NCBI RefSeq assembly: GCF_008189285.1
Contig: NZ_CP043315.1
Location: 420,001 to 452,000 of the forward strand
Source: Candidatus Saccharimonadota bacterium
Lineage (GTDB): Bacteria; Pseudomonadota; Alphaproteobacteria; CAJXXZ01; 1604HC
DNA: 32,000 nt
Direction of reading: 5' to 3'
Shown here: positions 8,588 through 17,692 of the stretch, in pieces
Numbering within the stretch: the first letter of the stretch is position 1
Layout of the letters: every line of letters starts with the position of its first letter
Made by a program: the position numbers and the translations under genes
The notes under the pieces: generated by a model
The model's database searches: none
Told to the model about the DNA's origin: nothing
The model's input: the letters and a program-made list of their open reading frames with translations, nothing else

Positions 8588-9037
8588 ATGTACGATTTAA
8601 ATGTTGGAATAGTGGCAATTTACAACGGCCTAATATGGGTAGGAAAAAGGTCAAGACAAGGAACGTGGCAAATGCCTCAAGGTGGAATTGATGAAGGCGA
8701 AACTTCTTTTCAAGCAGCATCCAGAGAATTAAAAGAAGAAACAGGCATTACAGATGTTGAATGGCTTGGAGAAACTGGATGGCATTTGTATAATTTCCCA
8801 GATCAGGTTCGTAAAAATGCATTTTTCGCTAATAAAAAAGGCAAAAGGCAAAAATGGTTCTATGCTCATGTGTATAGCATTGAAGACATGTCATTAAATG
8901 AAGAATTTGTAGATTTTAAATGGGAAAATGACGAATGGATTAAAATGAATATAGTTGGGTTTAAGCGCAGCACATATAATTATGTATTTTCAAATCCAAT
9001 ATACGAAAAAATTAAATCTAAAAATATATTGCAATAA
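8588..9037 (+). CDS. rppH: Nudix hydrolase, RNA pyrophosphohydrolase RppH / dinucleoside polyphosphate hydrolase (InvA/IalA-like)
   Basis: Nudix box GGIDEGETSFQAASRELKEETGI (GX5EX7REUXEEXGU). The 149-aa size and N-terminus VGIVAI...G..WQMPQGG resemble RppH. Confidence 0.85.
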   Translation: MYDLNVGIVAIYNGLIWVGKRSRQGTWQMPQGGIDEGETSFQAASRELKEETGITDVEWLGETGWHLYNFPDQVRKNAFFANKKGKRQKWFYAHVYSIEDMSLNEEFVDFKWENDEWIKMNIVGFKRSTYNYVFSNPIYEKIKSKNILQ

Positions 9038-9187
9038 TTACTTATTTGCATGAAAGTTGCTTATAAAAAAATCAAAAATGTAGTTGATGCATTATAAATT
9101 CATAGCAAAATGATAAAAAATTGATTTAACTAAAATTCATGATAAAAAATTGATTGATAATTTAATATTCAAGAAAAATCGGAACAA

Positions 9188-9270
9188 TACCTCCGGAGAG
9201 ATTCGAACTCTCACATCCCTACGAATAGCAGATTTTGAATCTGCCGCGTCTACCATTCCGCCACAGAGGC
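9188..9270 (-). tRNA. tRNA-Leu (anticodon CAA), long variable arm
   Basis: The reverse complement reads GCCTCTGTGGCGGAATGGTAGACGCGGCAGATTCAAAATCTGC...GAGAGTTCGAATCTCTCCGGAGGTA. The anticodon loop is TTCAAAA and the fold is class II. CCA is not encoded. Confidence 0.9.
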
Positions 9271-9509
9271 AATGCTTGTATTGTATCACAAACAATTCCA
9301 AAATCAATATATCTTGCTTAATTTAATTGATTAAGAAGAATATTTATCAAACTTAAACTGAGTATTATCTATAATTTATAATAATTATACAATTTTGCAA
9401 ATATAAATCATTTTGAGAAATGCTTAATATAATTACGCTCTAAATTCATTAATATGATCGTATAAATAAAGTTAAATTAAGCCAATAGAATCTCTCTTGT
9501 ATATGAAAA

Positions 9510-10118
9510 TTATGCGTAAAGCTTTTCATCTTCCTGGCATTGGGACAGTACTCTAATATTGTGTGCAATTTTTTTTCCATCCATTTCTGTGAAATGACAC
9601 TCAACCTCAACTCCTTCGTAAAAGATTTCTTTTGGTATGTTCATTTTCCTTAACAAGATTCCAGATACAAAAATATCATAATGCCCATTATTTACAAATC
9701 CACAATCAGAACTATAATTAAACCATTTAACAATTGCTTTTATTTTAATCAAATTATTCATGTTGATTTGATTCCTAGTTAACTGATAAATCTTTGACAC
9801 GATTGGCTTTTGCATATGCGCATCCATAACAACATCGCAATCAATAATATCTCCTGGAATAACTTGCATTTCTACATTAGCATCATGGATTTTTGATATA
9901 TGAATAAAAATATCTCTATTAATTTTACTGGAGCCTGCAAAACCATATCCTTTTTCATTATTAAACCACTTAATTTCACAAATAATTCTCTCATGATTTG
10001 ATTCTTTTTCTATTTTATAAACATTGTCTTGCTCAAACAAAATATGATCTTTACTAATGCCATGCTCAAAACAACTTCCCATTTCTTTTTTGTTATTTTT
10101 ATCTGAAAAGTTGTTCAT
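9510..10118 (-). CDS. Cold-shock-domain protein with two tandem CSDs and an N-terminal extension of about 45 aa
   Basis: - CSD1: KWFNNEKGYGFA...DIFIHIS, with RNP1 and RNP2 recognisable.
- CSD2: KWFNYSSDCGFV...DIFVSG, with degenerate RNP motifs.
- SD AGGAG lies 5 nt upstream of the ATG. Confidence 0.8.
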   Translation of the reverse strand: MNNFSDKNNKKEMGSCFEHGISKDHILFEQDNVYKIEKESNHERIICEIKWFNNEKGYGFAGSSKINRDIFIHISKIHDANVEMQVIPGDIIDCDVVMDAHMQKPIVSKIYQLTRNQINMNNLIKIKAIVKWFNYSSDCGFVNNGHYDIFVSGILLRKMNIPKEIFYEGVEVECHFTEMDGKKIAHNIRVLSQCQEDEKLYA

Positions 10119-10386
10119 ATAATCTCCTAAATACAGTCAATTTATAGGAATTATTCCATTATTTTAAGTAAACCTCAATAGTTTAGCGCTGTTTGAAAAT
10201 CACTTATTTATTTTAACAAATGATTTTTTGATTTGATAATCAGCATTGTGAATTGTTTAAAATTTAAAAATGCAACTAATTTAAATAAATGCAAACTTGA
10301 TATTAAATTAATTTATTAAAAACTTATTTCTAATATAGCAAAACTTCTTTGGGGAGAAATTATTTACTAAAAGTGATTATTTTAAA

Positions 10387-10457
10387 CTGGGAGACCTGGA
10401 TTCGAACCAAGATTGCTTGATTCAGAGTCAAGAGTTCTACCTTTAAACTATCCCCCA
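10387..10457 (-). tRNA. tRNA-Gln (anticodon CUG)
   Basis: The reverse complement reads TGGGGGATAGTTTAAAGGTAGAACTCTTGACTCTGAATCAAGCAATCTTGGTTCGAATCCAGGTCTCCCAG. The U1-A72 pair and G73 are typical of bacterial tRNA-Gln. The anticodon loop is CTCTGAA. Confidence 0.85.
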
Positions 10458-10567
10458 TATGAAAAAGCATACCTATATTTTTCACAATACACAACATTAT
10501 TTTTATGCAATAAATTCTTAATAAATTTTGAAACAAACTTGAATGAATTCCATTTTAATTTGTTAAT

Positions 10568-10613
10568 AAATTTCAATTTACACGCTACTAAAATTTCAAT
10601 TTACACGCTACTA
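10568..10613. repeat. Tandem duplication of the 23-bp unit AAATTTCAATTTACACGCTACTA x2
   Basis: Read directly. The copies abut and appear identical. Confidence 0.85.
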
Positions 10614-10751
10614 ATTATATTATAATCAGTTAAATTTAAATCATGAGAAAGATATTAAAAATCAATAAAATCATGTTTTGTAATAAATAAATAAAAAAAC
10701 GCAAATAAATTTATTTGCAATGCTTAAACATTAATGTAAAAAATATTTCTA

Positions 10752-11369
10752 TTACATTAATCTTGAATACATACCAATTACTAAAGGCATATCCATTGGA
10801 GCATTATATCCAACTTCTTCAATTGCATCAGGAAGCTTACTCAAAGAACCAGACAGTCCATCAGAAGATGCTTTCAAGTATGAGGGAATGTCACGCTCTA
10901 TATCAACAGATTGTCTTACAACTGACATATTTTTAGCTTTTTCTTTCAATTCAACTGTATCACCAGCAGAAACCAAATAAGAGGCCACATCAACTTTAGA
11001 TCCATTCACTAAAATATGACCATGACTTACTAATTGCTTAGCTCCAAAAATAGTAGCAGACCATTTCAAACGATAAACAACATTATCTAATCTGCTTTCC
11101 AACATACGAATCATATTGATTCCAGTGTCGCCTTTTTTGTTCATAGCAATTTTAAAGAACCTTCTAAATTGTCCTTCTTTCATTCCATAATAAAATCTAA
11201 ACTTTTGTTTAGCAATTAATTGCAATGCATAGTTAGAAAGCTTTCTTCTTCTTCTCAAACCATGCTGCCCAGGTCTATTAGGTCTTTTATTAAATGAGCT
11301 ATTCTTTCTTCCCCATAAATCTACACCACAATATCTTTCGATTCTTGCTGGATTATTAATTAGATTCAT
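10752..11369 (-). CDS. rpsD: 30S ribosomal protein S4 (uS4)
   Basis: ARIERYCGVDLW...RPGQHG...SNYALQL..KQK.RF.YG and a C-terminal S4 domain. SD GGAGG lies 6 nt upstream. Confidence 0.95.
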   Translation of the reverse strand: MNLINNPARIERYCGVDLWGRKNSSFNKRPNRPGQHGLRRRRKLSNYALQLIAKQKFRFYYGMKEGQFRRFFKIAMNKKGDTGINMIRMLESRLDNVVYRLKWSATIFGAKQLVSHGHILVNGSKVDVASYLVSAGDTVELKEKAKNMSVVRQSVDIERDIPSYLKASSDGLSGSLSKLPDAIEEVGYNAPMDMPLVIGMYSRLM

Positions 11370-11406
11370 CTAGCCTCCAATACACACAAAATTTTGTCCA
11401 TTAATA

Positions 11407-13572
11407 CTATAATAGCTTTTTGAGATTTTTTGTCAATTCTGAACCAAAAATAGTTACCACATCTTCATTATTTTTTTCACATTCATTAATTAATTTATGC
11501 AATTTGTTCTGTACAGTAAATATATATATTTGTTCTTTTGCTCTTGTTATTGCAACATAAATTAATCTTTCTTGTTCTTTTTCTTCATTATATGTTGCTA
11601 TGCTCAAAATCTTATTATATGTTTCATTGTTTTTGCATGGAAATATAATATAATTATTATAATAAAACATATTTATATTATTACTATACTTAATATCATC
11701 AAAAATCATCACTATAGGGGATTCTAACCCCTTTGAAGAGTGTATTGTTTTAATTTTTATTCCATTATTTGATTTAATTACCTTTTTACTATTTTTTATA
11801 TAATCAAAAAACTCTATCCAAGAATCTTGGCCATATTCATTTACAGTTTCCCAAAACACTTTCACAGATTCATAATTATTTTTCAGCAAATATTTTCCAT
11901 AATCACTTTTGAAAATTAAGCTTCCAAAGAAATCAATAATATTTTTTGGGTAATCTTTCCACTCATCAATCAATTTTTGCAATTCAGAAATCTTATAATC
12001 AGAATTTTGTTTTTTTTGATTGGTATTATTTTTATTTACTATGCTTGAAGGAGTGTTTTTAGCTTTGTCAAAAAAATATTCTAAATCTTCATAATCCCAT
12101 TGAAAAAATTCATTTTTAAGCAAGCATGTCAAAGCAACATAATCTGCAAACAAAGAAAACTTGGCAATATTTAATAAATTCTGTATAGAGTCATTGTAAT
12201 AAATGTAAAATGGATGTTCTTGAATGGGGATTCCAGCATTTTGAATTTGATTTATAATTCTAAAACATGAATCATTTCTCTTTCTAACCAAAATCAGAAT
12301 ATCATCAAAGTCAATTTTCTTATCTTGTGAAAATAAATTGCAATTTCTCAATTCAATTATTTTCTGAATCATGCTTTGCAACATTTTGTCACTTTCATCA
12401 CAATGCAACTCTACTCTCCCATCAAAATTCATTTTAGATAAATGCTTAGTTGGATAAAGGGTTTTTGACATGGTTTTATCCACAAAATCTAATATACACT
12501 GTGAAGATCGATAAGAATTATTTAAATGTTTCTCCTGAAAAATTATTTCACTTTCCTTAGCATAACTTTTCAGTTCATTTTTAATATTAGAAAACAAAGA
12601 ATTAGCAGAATTTTGAAAAGTGTAAATATTCTGCTTTTCATCTCCAACAATATAAAGATCACATTTATTGCTTGACTGTATTTCTTTATATAAATTCAAC
12701 ATAATACTCCACTGATCTTGAGATAGATCTTGAGATTCATCAATAAAAATATATTTAATTTTCATTATTTTTTGCAAAACAGAATAATCAGAAAAATCAA
12801 CTTTCTTTATCAAATCATGAAAATCTAGCAAATTTTCCTTCATTTTTAATGACTTGTATTTATTTTGAATGTAATTTATAAATAACCCTAAAGAATTTGA
12901 TCTTAACTTAGACTGATATTCGCTGTATTCTGTAAATTTCTTCCCCATCAAATCAAAATAACTATCTAGCCAATCTTTTGATTTTTGATAAAATTCTCCC
13001 CATTTTTTCGAATACAGCTTTTTTCTTAAACTTCCATCTTTAGTCATAATTATGCTAAATATACTTTCGATATTATTGCAATCAATGGCAATCAATTTCT
13101 TTTCTATTTCTTTTCCATTCCTTAAATCCTCTAAAACATAATCAGGAAAAATAATCGGATCATATGAAAAGGAATCATTTTCTTCTGTCTTAATCAAAAT
13201 ATCTTGCTGAATAATATTAATTATTTTGTCAATTAAATTGCCCCATTCATCTAAAAGTAAATATATAAGATTATGCCAATCTTCTTCCTGTAGAGCATTT
13301 TCAATAATTCTTCGTATATGGCGATCAGATTGCACTTCATCAATAAGTGTGCAGTTATCATACAAAGTATTGCAAAAACTATGCACAGTATGAAATAGTA
13401 TTGTGTTAGAGTGCTTTTCAAGCCTGCTTTTCATTTCACTAGAGGCTGCATTACTGAAACTCACACAAAGAATCTCTTCTCCAAGAATATTTTGTGTCAA
13501 TAAATTTTTAATTTCTTCTACCAAGCTGTAAGTTTTTCCTGATCCAGCAGATGCGCTTACCCAAGTTATCAT
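11407..13572 (-). CDS. addA: AddA-like UvrD/Rep-family helicase lacking the C-terminal nuclease domain (721 aa)
   Basis: - Alpha-type AddA N-terminus WVSASAGSGKT...ILCVSFSNAASSEM.
- Helicase motifs II (FIDESQD), III (VGDEKQNIYTF), IV (NNSYRS), V (TIHSSKGLESPIV) and VI (YVAITRAKEQIYIF) are all visible.
- The protein ends about 35 aa after motif VI. Confidence 0.8.
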   Translation of the reverse strand: MITWVSASAGSGKTYSLVEEIKNLLTQNILGEEILCVSFSNAASSEMKSRLEKHSNTILFHTVHSFCNTLYDNCTLIDEVQSDRHIRRIIENALQEEDWHNLIYLLLDEWGNLIDKIINIIQQDILIKTEENDSFSYDPIIFPDYVLEDLRNGKEIEKKLIAIDCNNIESIFSIIMTKDGSLRKKLYSKKWGEFYQKSKDWLDSYFDLMGKKFTEYSEYQSKLRSNSLGLFINYIQNKYKSLKMKENLLDFHDLIKKVDFSDYSVLQKIMKIKYIFIDESQDLSQDQWSIMLNLYKEIQSSNKCDLYIVGDEKQNIYTFQNSANSLFSNIKNELKSYAKESEIIFQEKHLNNSYRSSQCILDFVDKTMSKTLYPTKHLSKMNFDGRVELHCDESDKMLQSMIQKIIELRNCNLFSQDKKIDFDDILILVRKRNDSCFRIINQIQNAGIPIQEHPFYIYYNDSIQNLLNIAKFSLFADYVALTCLLKNEFFQWDYEDLEYFFDKAKNTPSSIVNKNNTNQKKQNSDYKISELQKLIDEWKDYPKNIIDFFGSLIFKSDYGKYLLKNNYESVKVFWETVNEYGQDSWIEFFDYIKNSKKVIKSNNGIKIKTIHSSKGLESPIVMIFDDIKYSNNINMFYYNNYIIFPCKNNETYNKILSIATYNEEKEQERLIYVAITRAKEQIYIFTVQNKLHKLINECEKNNEDVVTIFGSELTKNLKKLL

Positions 13573-15296
13573 AAAATCCCACTTTGTTTATCATGACTTT
13601 GTTTGTCATAATATTTCATCAATTGATTTAATTTATAATTCTTAGACAGCTTATCAAATCCAAAACAATGCTTTTTATTTATTGCAATATTTACTTTTTT
13701 CTCTGTATTAATATAAATTTCATCATAATCAATTTCAGATAGCATAATTTCAAAAACATTGTTTGAATCTATAAAGCATATCTTCATATCTGACAAATTA
13801 TATTTCGACAATATTTTAAATGCACTAAGTAGCAATATATTAATTTGTAAATTTCGATAAAGCTTTATGTCTTTTGCATTAAAGCTGGCAAAAATAAATT
13901 TAAATAGGATTCCTGTTTTATTTGTCAGAATAATAAAAAAATCATAATTTGCTCTAATTTGCATAATATTATTCACGCTTAAATAAATGTCTATGCAAAT
14001 ATTTGTATGTTTTTTCGATATTATTTGATTCTTCATCATGCTTTTTATTTGCTTAATCAAATTATTTGATTTCAATTTTATTTTCAAATTATCTATAGAA
14101 AAAAACTTACTCTCGCTCAAATACTCATCTATCACATTTTCATTAAAATTTACCATATATCTCATCAATATAATTCGAATATGAAATGGAACGTATTCAT
14201 AAATATCATAATTCACAAATTTTAAATTTAATATAGATTTTACATAAAAAGTCATAATATCTTCTTCAAATTTACTTAAATTAAAATCAGAAAATCTTTT
14301 AGAAGCATTTAATCGCAATTCTAAATCTTCGAATTTAAATTGCAACTTATTGCTTATTTCTTTTTCTTCGCAAGATTCTGAGATATTATGCATTTTCTGA
14401 AATTCTGAAACAATGCATGTTTTTTGACATTTTGTTAATTGCTCTTCAGTTGCAATATTTTCTTCAGCAACATGAGAATCATTCGCATTGATGCTTTTTA
14501 TAATTTGCATATTATGCTTCATATTAATGTTGATTGATTTATTAGTTGAAATATAAATATTTTCGTAGTTTTTTTTCAATTCATCTAATAAGAAACTGCA
14601 TTCTGACAAACCTGCAATATAAAGATTTTTTGCTTGAAAATCATCTATTTGACTAATGTTTATTATTGAATTCATTTTCTGAATATCTAAATTATTCATT
14701 GCCGCATTTAAAATTTCTATGTATTTTTCTCGCTTTTCATGACTGCTTAAATGTGAATATTTCTTATTAACATTTTCTTTTCTTTCATTAAATATTGCTC
14801 CATCTTTACTTTCATTAAACATTTCATCATGTTTATTTTTATTAATTTTACCAATATAACATGAAATCTTATTTAAATATTGATTAAACTTCTTCTTAGA
14901 TATCTCGTTGGTTTTTTCTATCAATTTTTCTGTGAAAATTTTATGATAATTCCAAGTTAAAAAAAGATCATCGTGTTTTATTATTTCTTCATTCAAAATT
15001 CCTTTTAAATCTTCATTTACATTGTATATAGCAATCAACTCTCTATTTTCATAATCATAATTTAAATTGAATAAGAATTTACATAATTGCATAATTAAAA
15101 ATTTTTCATAACTAAAATCATCTGATTGAAAAAGATCGTTTAAATTAATTAAAGTATTTTTTATAACTTTGCTGTCAGTTGCAATAATACTATCATTTAA
15201 ACTGCTATTTCCATCTTTAAATAAATAAATTTTACTTGATATGTATTCAGACTCACTTAATGAGTCAGGAAATTCTACAACATCAATTAATGACAT
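13569..15296 (-). CDS. addB: Highly diverged AddB-like partner (575 aa), with a C-terminal RecB-nuclease-like segment whose acidic residues are substituted
   Basis: - Its stop overlaps the addA start by 4 nt.
- The C-terminal IRANYDFFIILTNKTG....YRNLQINILLLSAF resembles the AddB/RecB pattern GR.DR.D...DYKTG....QL.LY, but with D->N and DY->TN substitutions.
- It is extremely AT-rich (9/60 G+C in line 14041).
- The assignment rests on position plus this weak pattern. Confidence 0.5.
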   Translation of the reverse strand: MSLIDVVEFPDSLSESEYISSKIYLFKDGNSSLNDSIIATDSKVIKNTLINLNDLFQSDDFSYEKFLIMQLCKFLFNLNYDYENRELIAIYNVNEDLKGILNEEIIKHDDLFLTWNYHKIFTEKLIEKTNEISKKKFNQYLNKISCYIGKINKNKHDEMFNESKDGAIFNERKENVNKKYSHLSSHEKREKYIEILNAAMNNLDIQKMNSIINISQIDDFQAKNLYIAGLSECSFLLDELKKNYENIYISTNKSININMKHNMQIIKSINANDSHVAEENIATEEQLTKCQKTCIVSEFQKMHNISESCEEKEISNKLQFKFEDLELRLNASKRFSDFNLSKFEEDIMTFYVKSILNLKFVNYDIYEYVPFHIRIILMRYMVNFNENVIDEYLSESKFFSIDNLKIKLKSNNLIKQIKSMMKNQIISKKHTNICIDIYLSVNNIMQIRANYDFFIILTNKTGILFKFIFASFNAKDIKLYRNLQINILLLSAFKILSKYNLSDMKICFIDSNNVFEIMLSEIDYDEIYINTEKKVNIAINKKHCFGFDKLSKNYKLNQLMKYYDKQSHDKQSGIL

Positions 15297-15324
15297 AATA
15301 ATCGCAACCTTTAATAATTAACTT

Positions 15325-17421
15325 TTAGCCAAAAATAATTTTAACTATCAGAATAGCAATTATATTAACCATTTTAATCATTGGGTTTAATGCAGGACCT
15401 GCTGTATCTTTGTAAGGATCTCCAACTGTATCTCCTGTCACAGCTGCTTTATGAGCATCTGAACCTTTTCCTCCATGATTTCCTTCTTCGATATATTTCT
15501 TGGCATTATCCCATGCTCCACCACCATTTGTCATGGAAATTGCTAACATAATTCCAACCAAAGTTACTCCAGTAATCAATCCACCCATACCAGCAAATCC
15601 ATTAGCAAATCTATGATTGTAATCTATAAAAAAACAAGCAATGAAAAATAACGCAATAACGCTAAATACAGCTGCTATAGGAGCAAACATGCTATTAATT
15701 GATTTTACAGTTAGCATATTTACTGTACGACTATAATCAGGCTTTGATTCCCCTGTCATAATTCCAGGATTATTATCAAATTGATACCTCACCTCTTCAA
15801 CAACAGATTCTCCAACCAAGGCAACAGACCTCATAGAAAATGAACTGTACCAATAAGCCAATGCCCCACCAATTAACAAACCAGAAACAACAAACACATT
15901 GTCTAATCTGAAAATATCTTTTGATAACGAAGACATATCAACAACATCTTGAATATAAGTATACAATATAATAATCGCAGCTAATGCTGTTGATCCAACT
16001 GCATATCCTTTTGTAAGAGCTTTTGTAGTATTTCCTAAAGCATCCAATTCATCTGTTCTTTTTCTAACTTCAGAATCCTGACCAGACATTTCAGCAATTC
16101 CACCAGCATTGTCTGTAATTGGACCATAAGCATCCAATGCAACAATCGCAGAAATCATACCAAGCATTGAAACAACGCTTATGCCAACTCCTTGCAATCC
16201 AAGAAAGAAATAAGATACAAATATAGCAACAACTATAGAAACAATAATTCCAAAACAAGATCTCATTGATACAGACAATCCTGTAATAATATTCATTGCA
16301 TGTCCAGATTCGGAAGATTTGGCAATAGATTTCACAGGGCTGCAATTGCTTGAAGTATAATAATTGGTAATTAATACAAGTGCAAATGTAGCAAAAATAC
16401 CCATAGCAAATGGAATTGATAAAATCAAAGAGTCGTAAAAATCAACTCTTATTGCATGTAAAAATAATAAATTAATTGCAAATGAGAATGCAGCTGATCT
16501 CATTAAAATGCAAGCTAAGCTGTAAAAAGGACTTCTTTTCATTTTAGCCACAGAAGTAATTGCTAAATAACATCCTAAATTACATGTCATAGCAACTAAG
16601 AATGGATAAAATAAAATTAATTCATTTCCTGCTTGATCATATGAAAATAAATTTTTCATTATGTATAAAACAGCCATAAATCCAACTATATAAGTTTCAA
16701 ATAAATCAGCAGAAGTTCCAGCGCAGTCTCCTACGTTATCTCCTACGTTATCGGCAATCACAGCTGGATTTCTTGGATCATCCTCTGGAATATTTTTTTC
16801 GATTTTTCCAACTAAATCAGCCCCCACATCAGCAGCTTTTGTGAAAATTCCACCACCTAATCTAGCAAATACAGACACAATGGAAGCTCCAAAACTCAGT
16901 CCTAGCAATAAATCTAATATAAATTTAAAATCTATTCCATAAATCATCATGAAAAAGCATGATGAAACACACATCATAGAAATTCCACCAACTAAGAATC
17001 CCGTTGCTTTTCCAGCTTTTAAAGCAATATTAAAAGCATTAGAAATTCCTTTTTTAGCTTCTTGAGCAGTTCTAACATTGCTAATTACAGCAATGTGCAT
17101 TCCAATTACTCCGCATAACCCAGAAAGAAAGCTTCCTAAAAGAAATCCTGAAATAACCCATGAATTGAATATAAATGACATTAATATAGCGCCAATTATA
17201 GTTACTGCTGCAACATATGCATATTGTTTTTTTAAATACGCATAAGCAGCAGTTTTAATTGCATCAGCAATTTCTTTCATAGACTGTAATTTAACTCCGC
17301 CTACTACTCTACTATCATTGCTAACTTCAATTTTTCTCACGCTTAAATAATAAAAATAAGCATGGATCAAAGGGAAAATAAAACTAATAGCAAAGCATGT
17401 GCACAAAAGAATTTTAAACAT
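15325..17421 (-). CDS. hppA: Membrane-bound H+-translocating pyrophosphatase, K+-independent subtype
   Basis: DNVGDNVGDCAGTSADLFETY, GNTTKALTKGYAVGS and GDTVGDPYKDTAGPALNPMIK are hallmark H+-PPase motifs. The protein is 698 aa and multi-TM. SD AGGTAGG lies upstream. Confidence 0.95.
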   Translation of the reverse strand: MFKILLCTCFAISFIFPLIHAYFYYLSVRKIEVSNDSRVVGGVKLQSMKEIADAIKTAAYAYLKKQYAYVAAVTIIGAILMSFIFNSWVISGFLLGSFLSGLCGVIGMHIAVISNVRTAQEAKKGISNAFNIALKAGKATGFLVGGISMMCVSSCFFMMIYGIDFKFILDLLLGLSFGASIVSVFARLGGGIFTKAADVGADLVGKIEKNIPEDDPRNPAVIADNVGDNVGDCAGTSADLFETYIVGFMAVLYIMKNLFSYDQAGNELILFYPFLVAMTCNLGCYLAITSVAKMKRSPFYSLACILMRSAAFSFAINLLFLHAIRVDFYDSLILSIPFAMGIFATFALVLITNYYTSSNCSPVKSIAKSSESGHAMNIITGLSVSMRSCFGIIVSIVVAIFVSYFFLGLQGVGISVVSMLGMISAIVALDAYGPITDNAGGIAEMSGQDSEVRKRTDELDALGNTTKALTKGYAVGSTALAAIIILYTYIQDVVDMSSLSKDIFRLDNVFVVSGLLIGGALAYWYSSFSMRSVALVGESVVEEVRYQFDNNPGIMTGESKPDYSRTVNMLTVKSINSMFAPIAAVFSVIALFFIACFFIDYNHRFANGFAGMGGLITGVTLVGIMLAISMTNGGGAWDNAKKYIEEGNHGGKGSDAHKAAVTGDTVGDPYKDTAGPALNPMIKMVNIIAILIVKIIFG

Positions 17422-17466
17422 TTTTACCTACCTAAATAAAAGAATTGCATAACATATAATATTAAT

Positions 17467-17595
17467 CAAGTTTTTGAAATTACAATCTACATCAATTGGC
17501 CAAGTTTTTGAAATTATTTAATTATATTTATTATAATATTCACTAATTTATATTTATATATAATATAGATGCATTAATATGCAAAGTTTTTGAAA
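17467..17595. repeat. Three dispersed copies of AAGTTTTTGAAA in the hppA-mraZ divergent spacer
   Basis: CAAGTTTTTGAAAT occurs at 17467-17480 and 17501-17514. AAGTTTTTGAAA occurs at 17584-17595. Confidence 0.8.
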
Positions 17596-17692
17596 CATAT
17601 TTTTATTTTAAATGCTTGATTGAGAAATTCTTAAAAATTAAGTCGCGTTAATTGGAGTTTTGCACAGCCTGTGGAAAAAACTGTGAATAAAG

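Noticed and set aside
10413-10625. The + strand ORF of 70 aa
   Set aside because: It starts inside tRNA-Gln on the opposite strand and runs through an AT-rich spacer.
10715-10936. The + strand ORF of 73 aa
   Set aside because: It lies antisense to rpsD.
11407-15296. The UvrD-like helicase plus unknown partner as a phage-defence pair (Gabija- or Hachiman-like)
   Set aside because: The helicase N-terminus matches the alphaproteobacterial AddA signature, and the partner shows a degenerate AddB-type nuclease pattern. The two genes are coupled in addB-addA order. There are no flanking mobile or defence genes, and the context is housekeeping.
16091-16345. The - strand ORF of 84 aa
   Set aside because: It is an alternative frame inside hppA.
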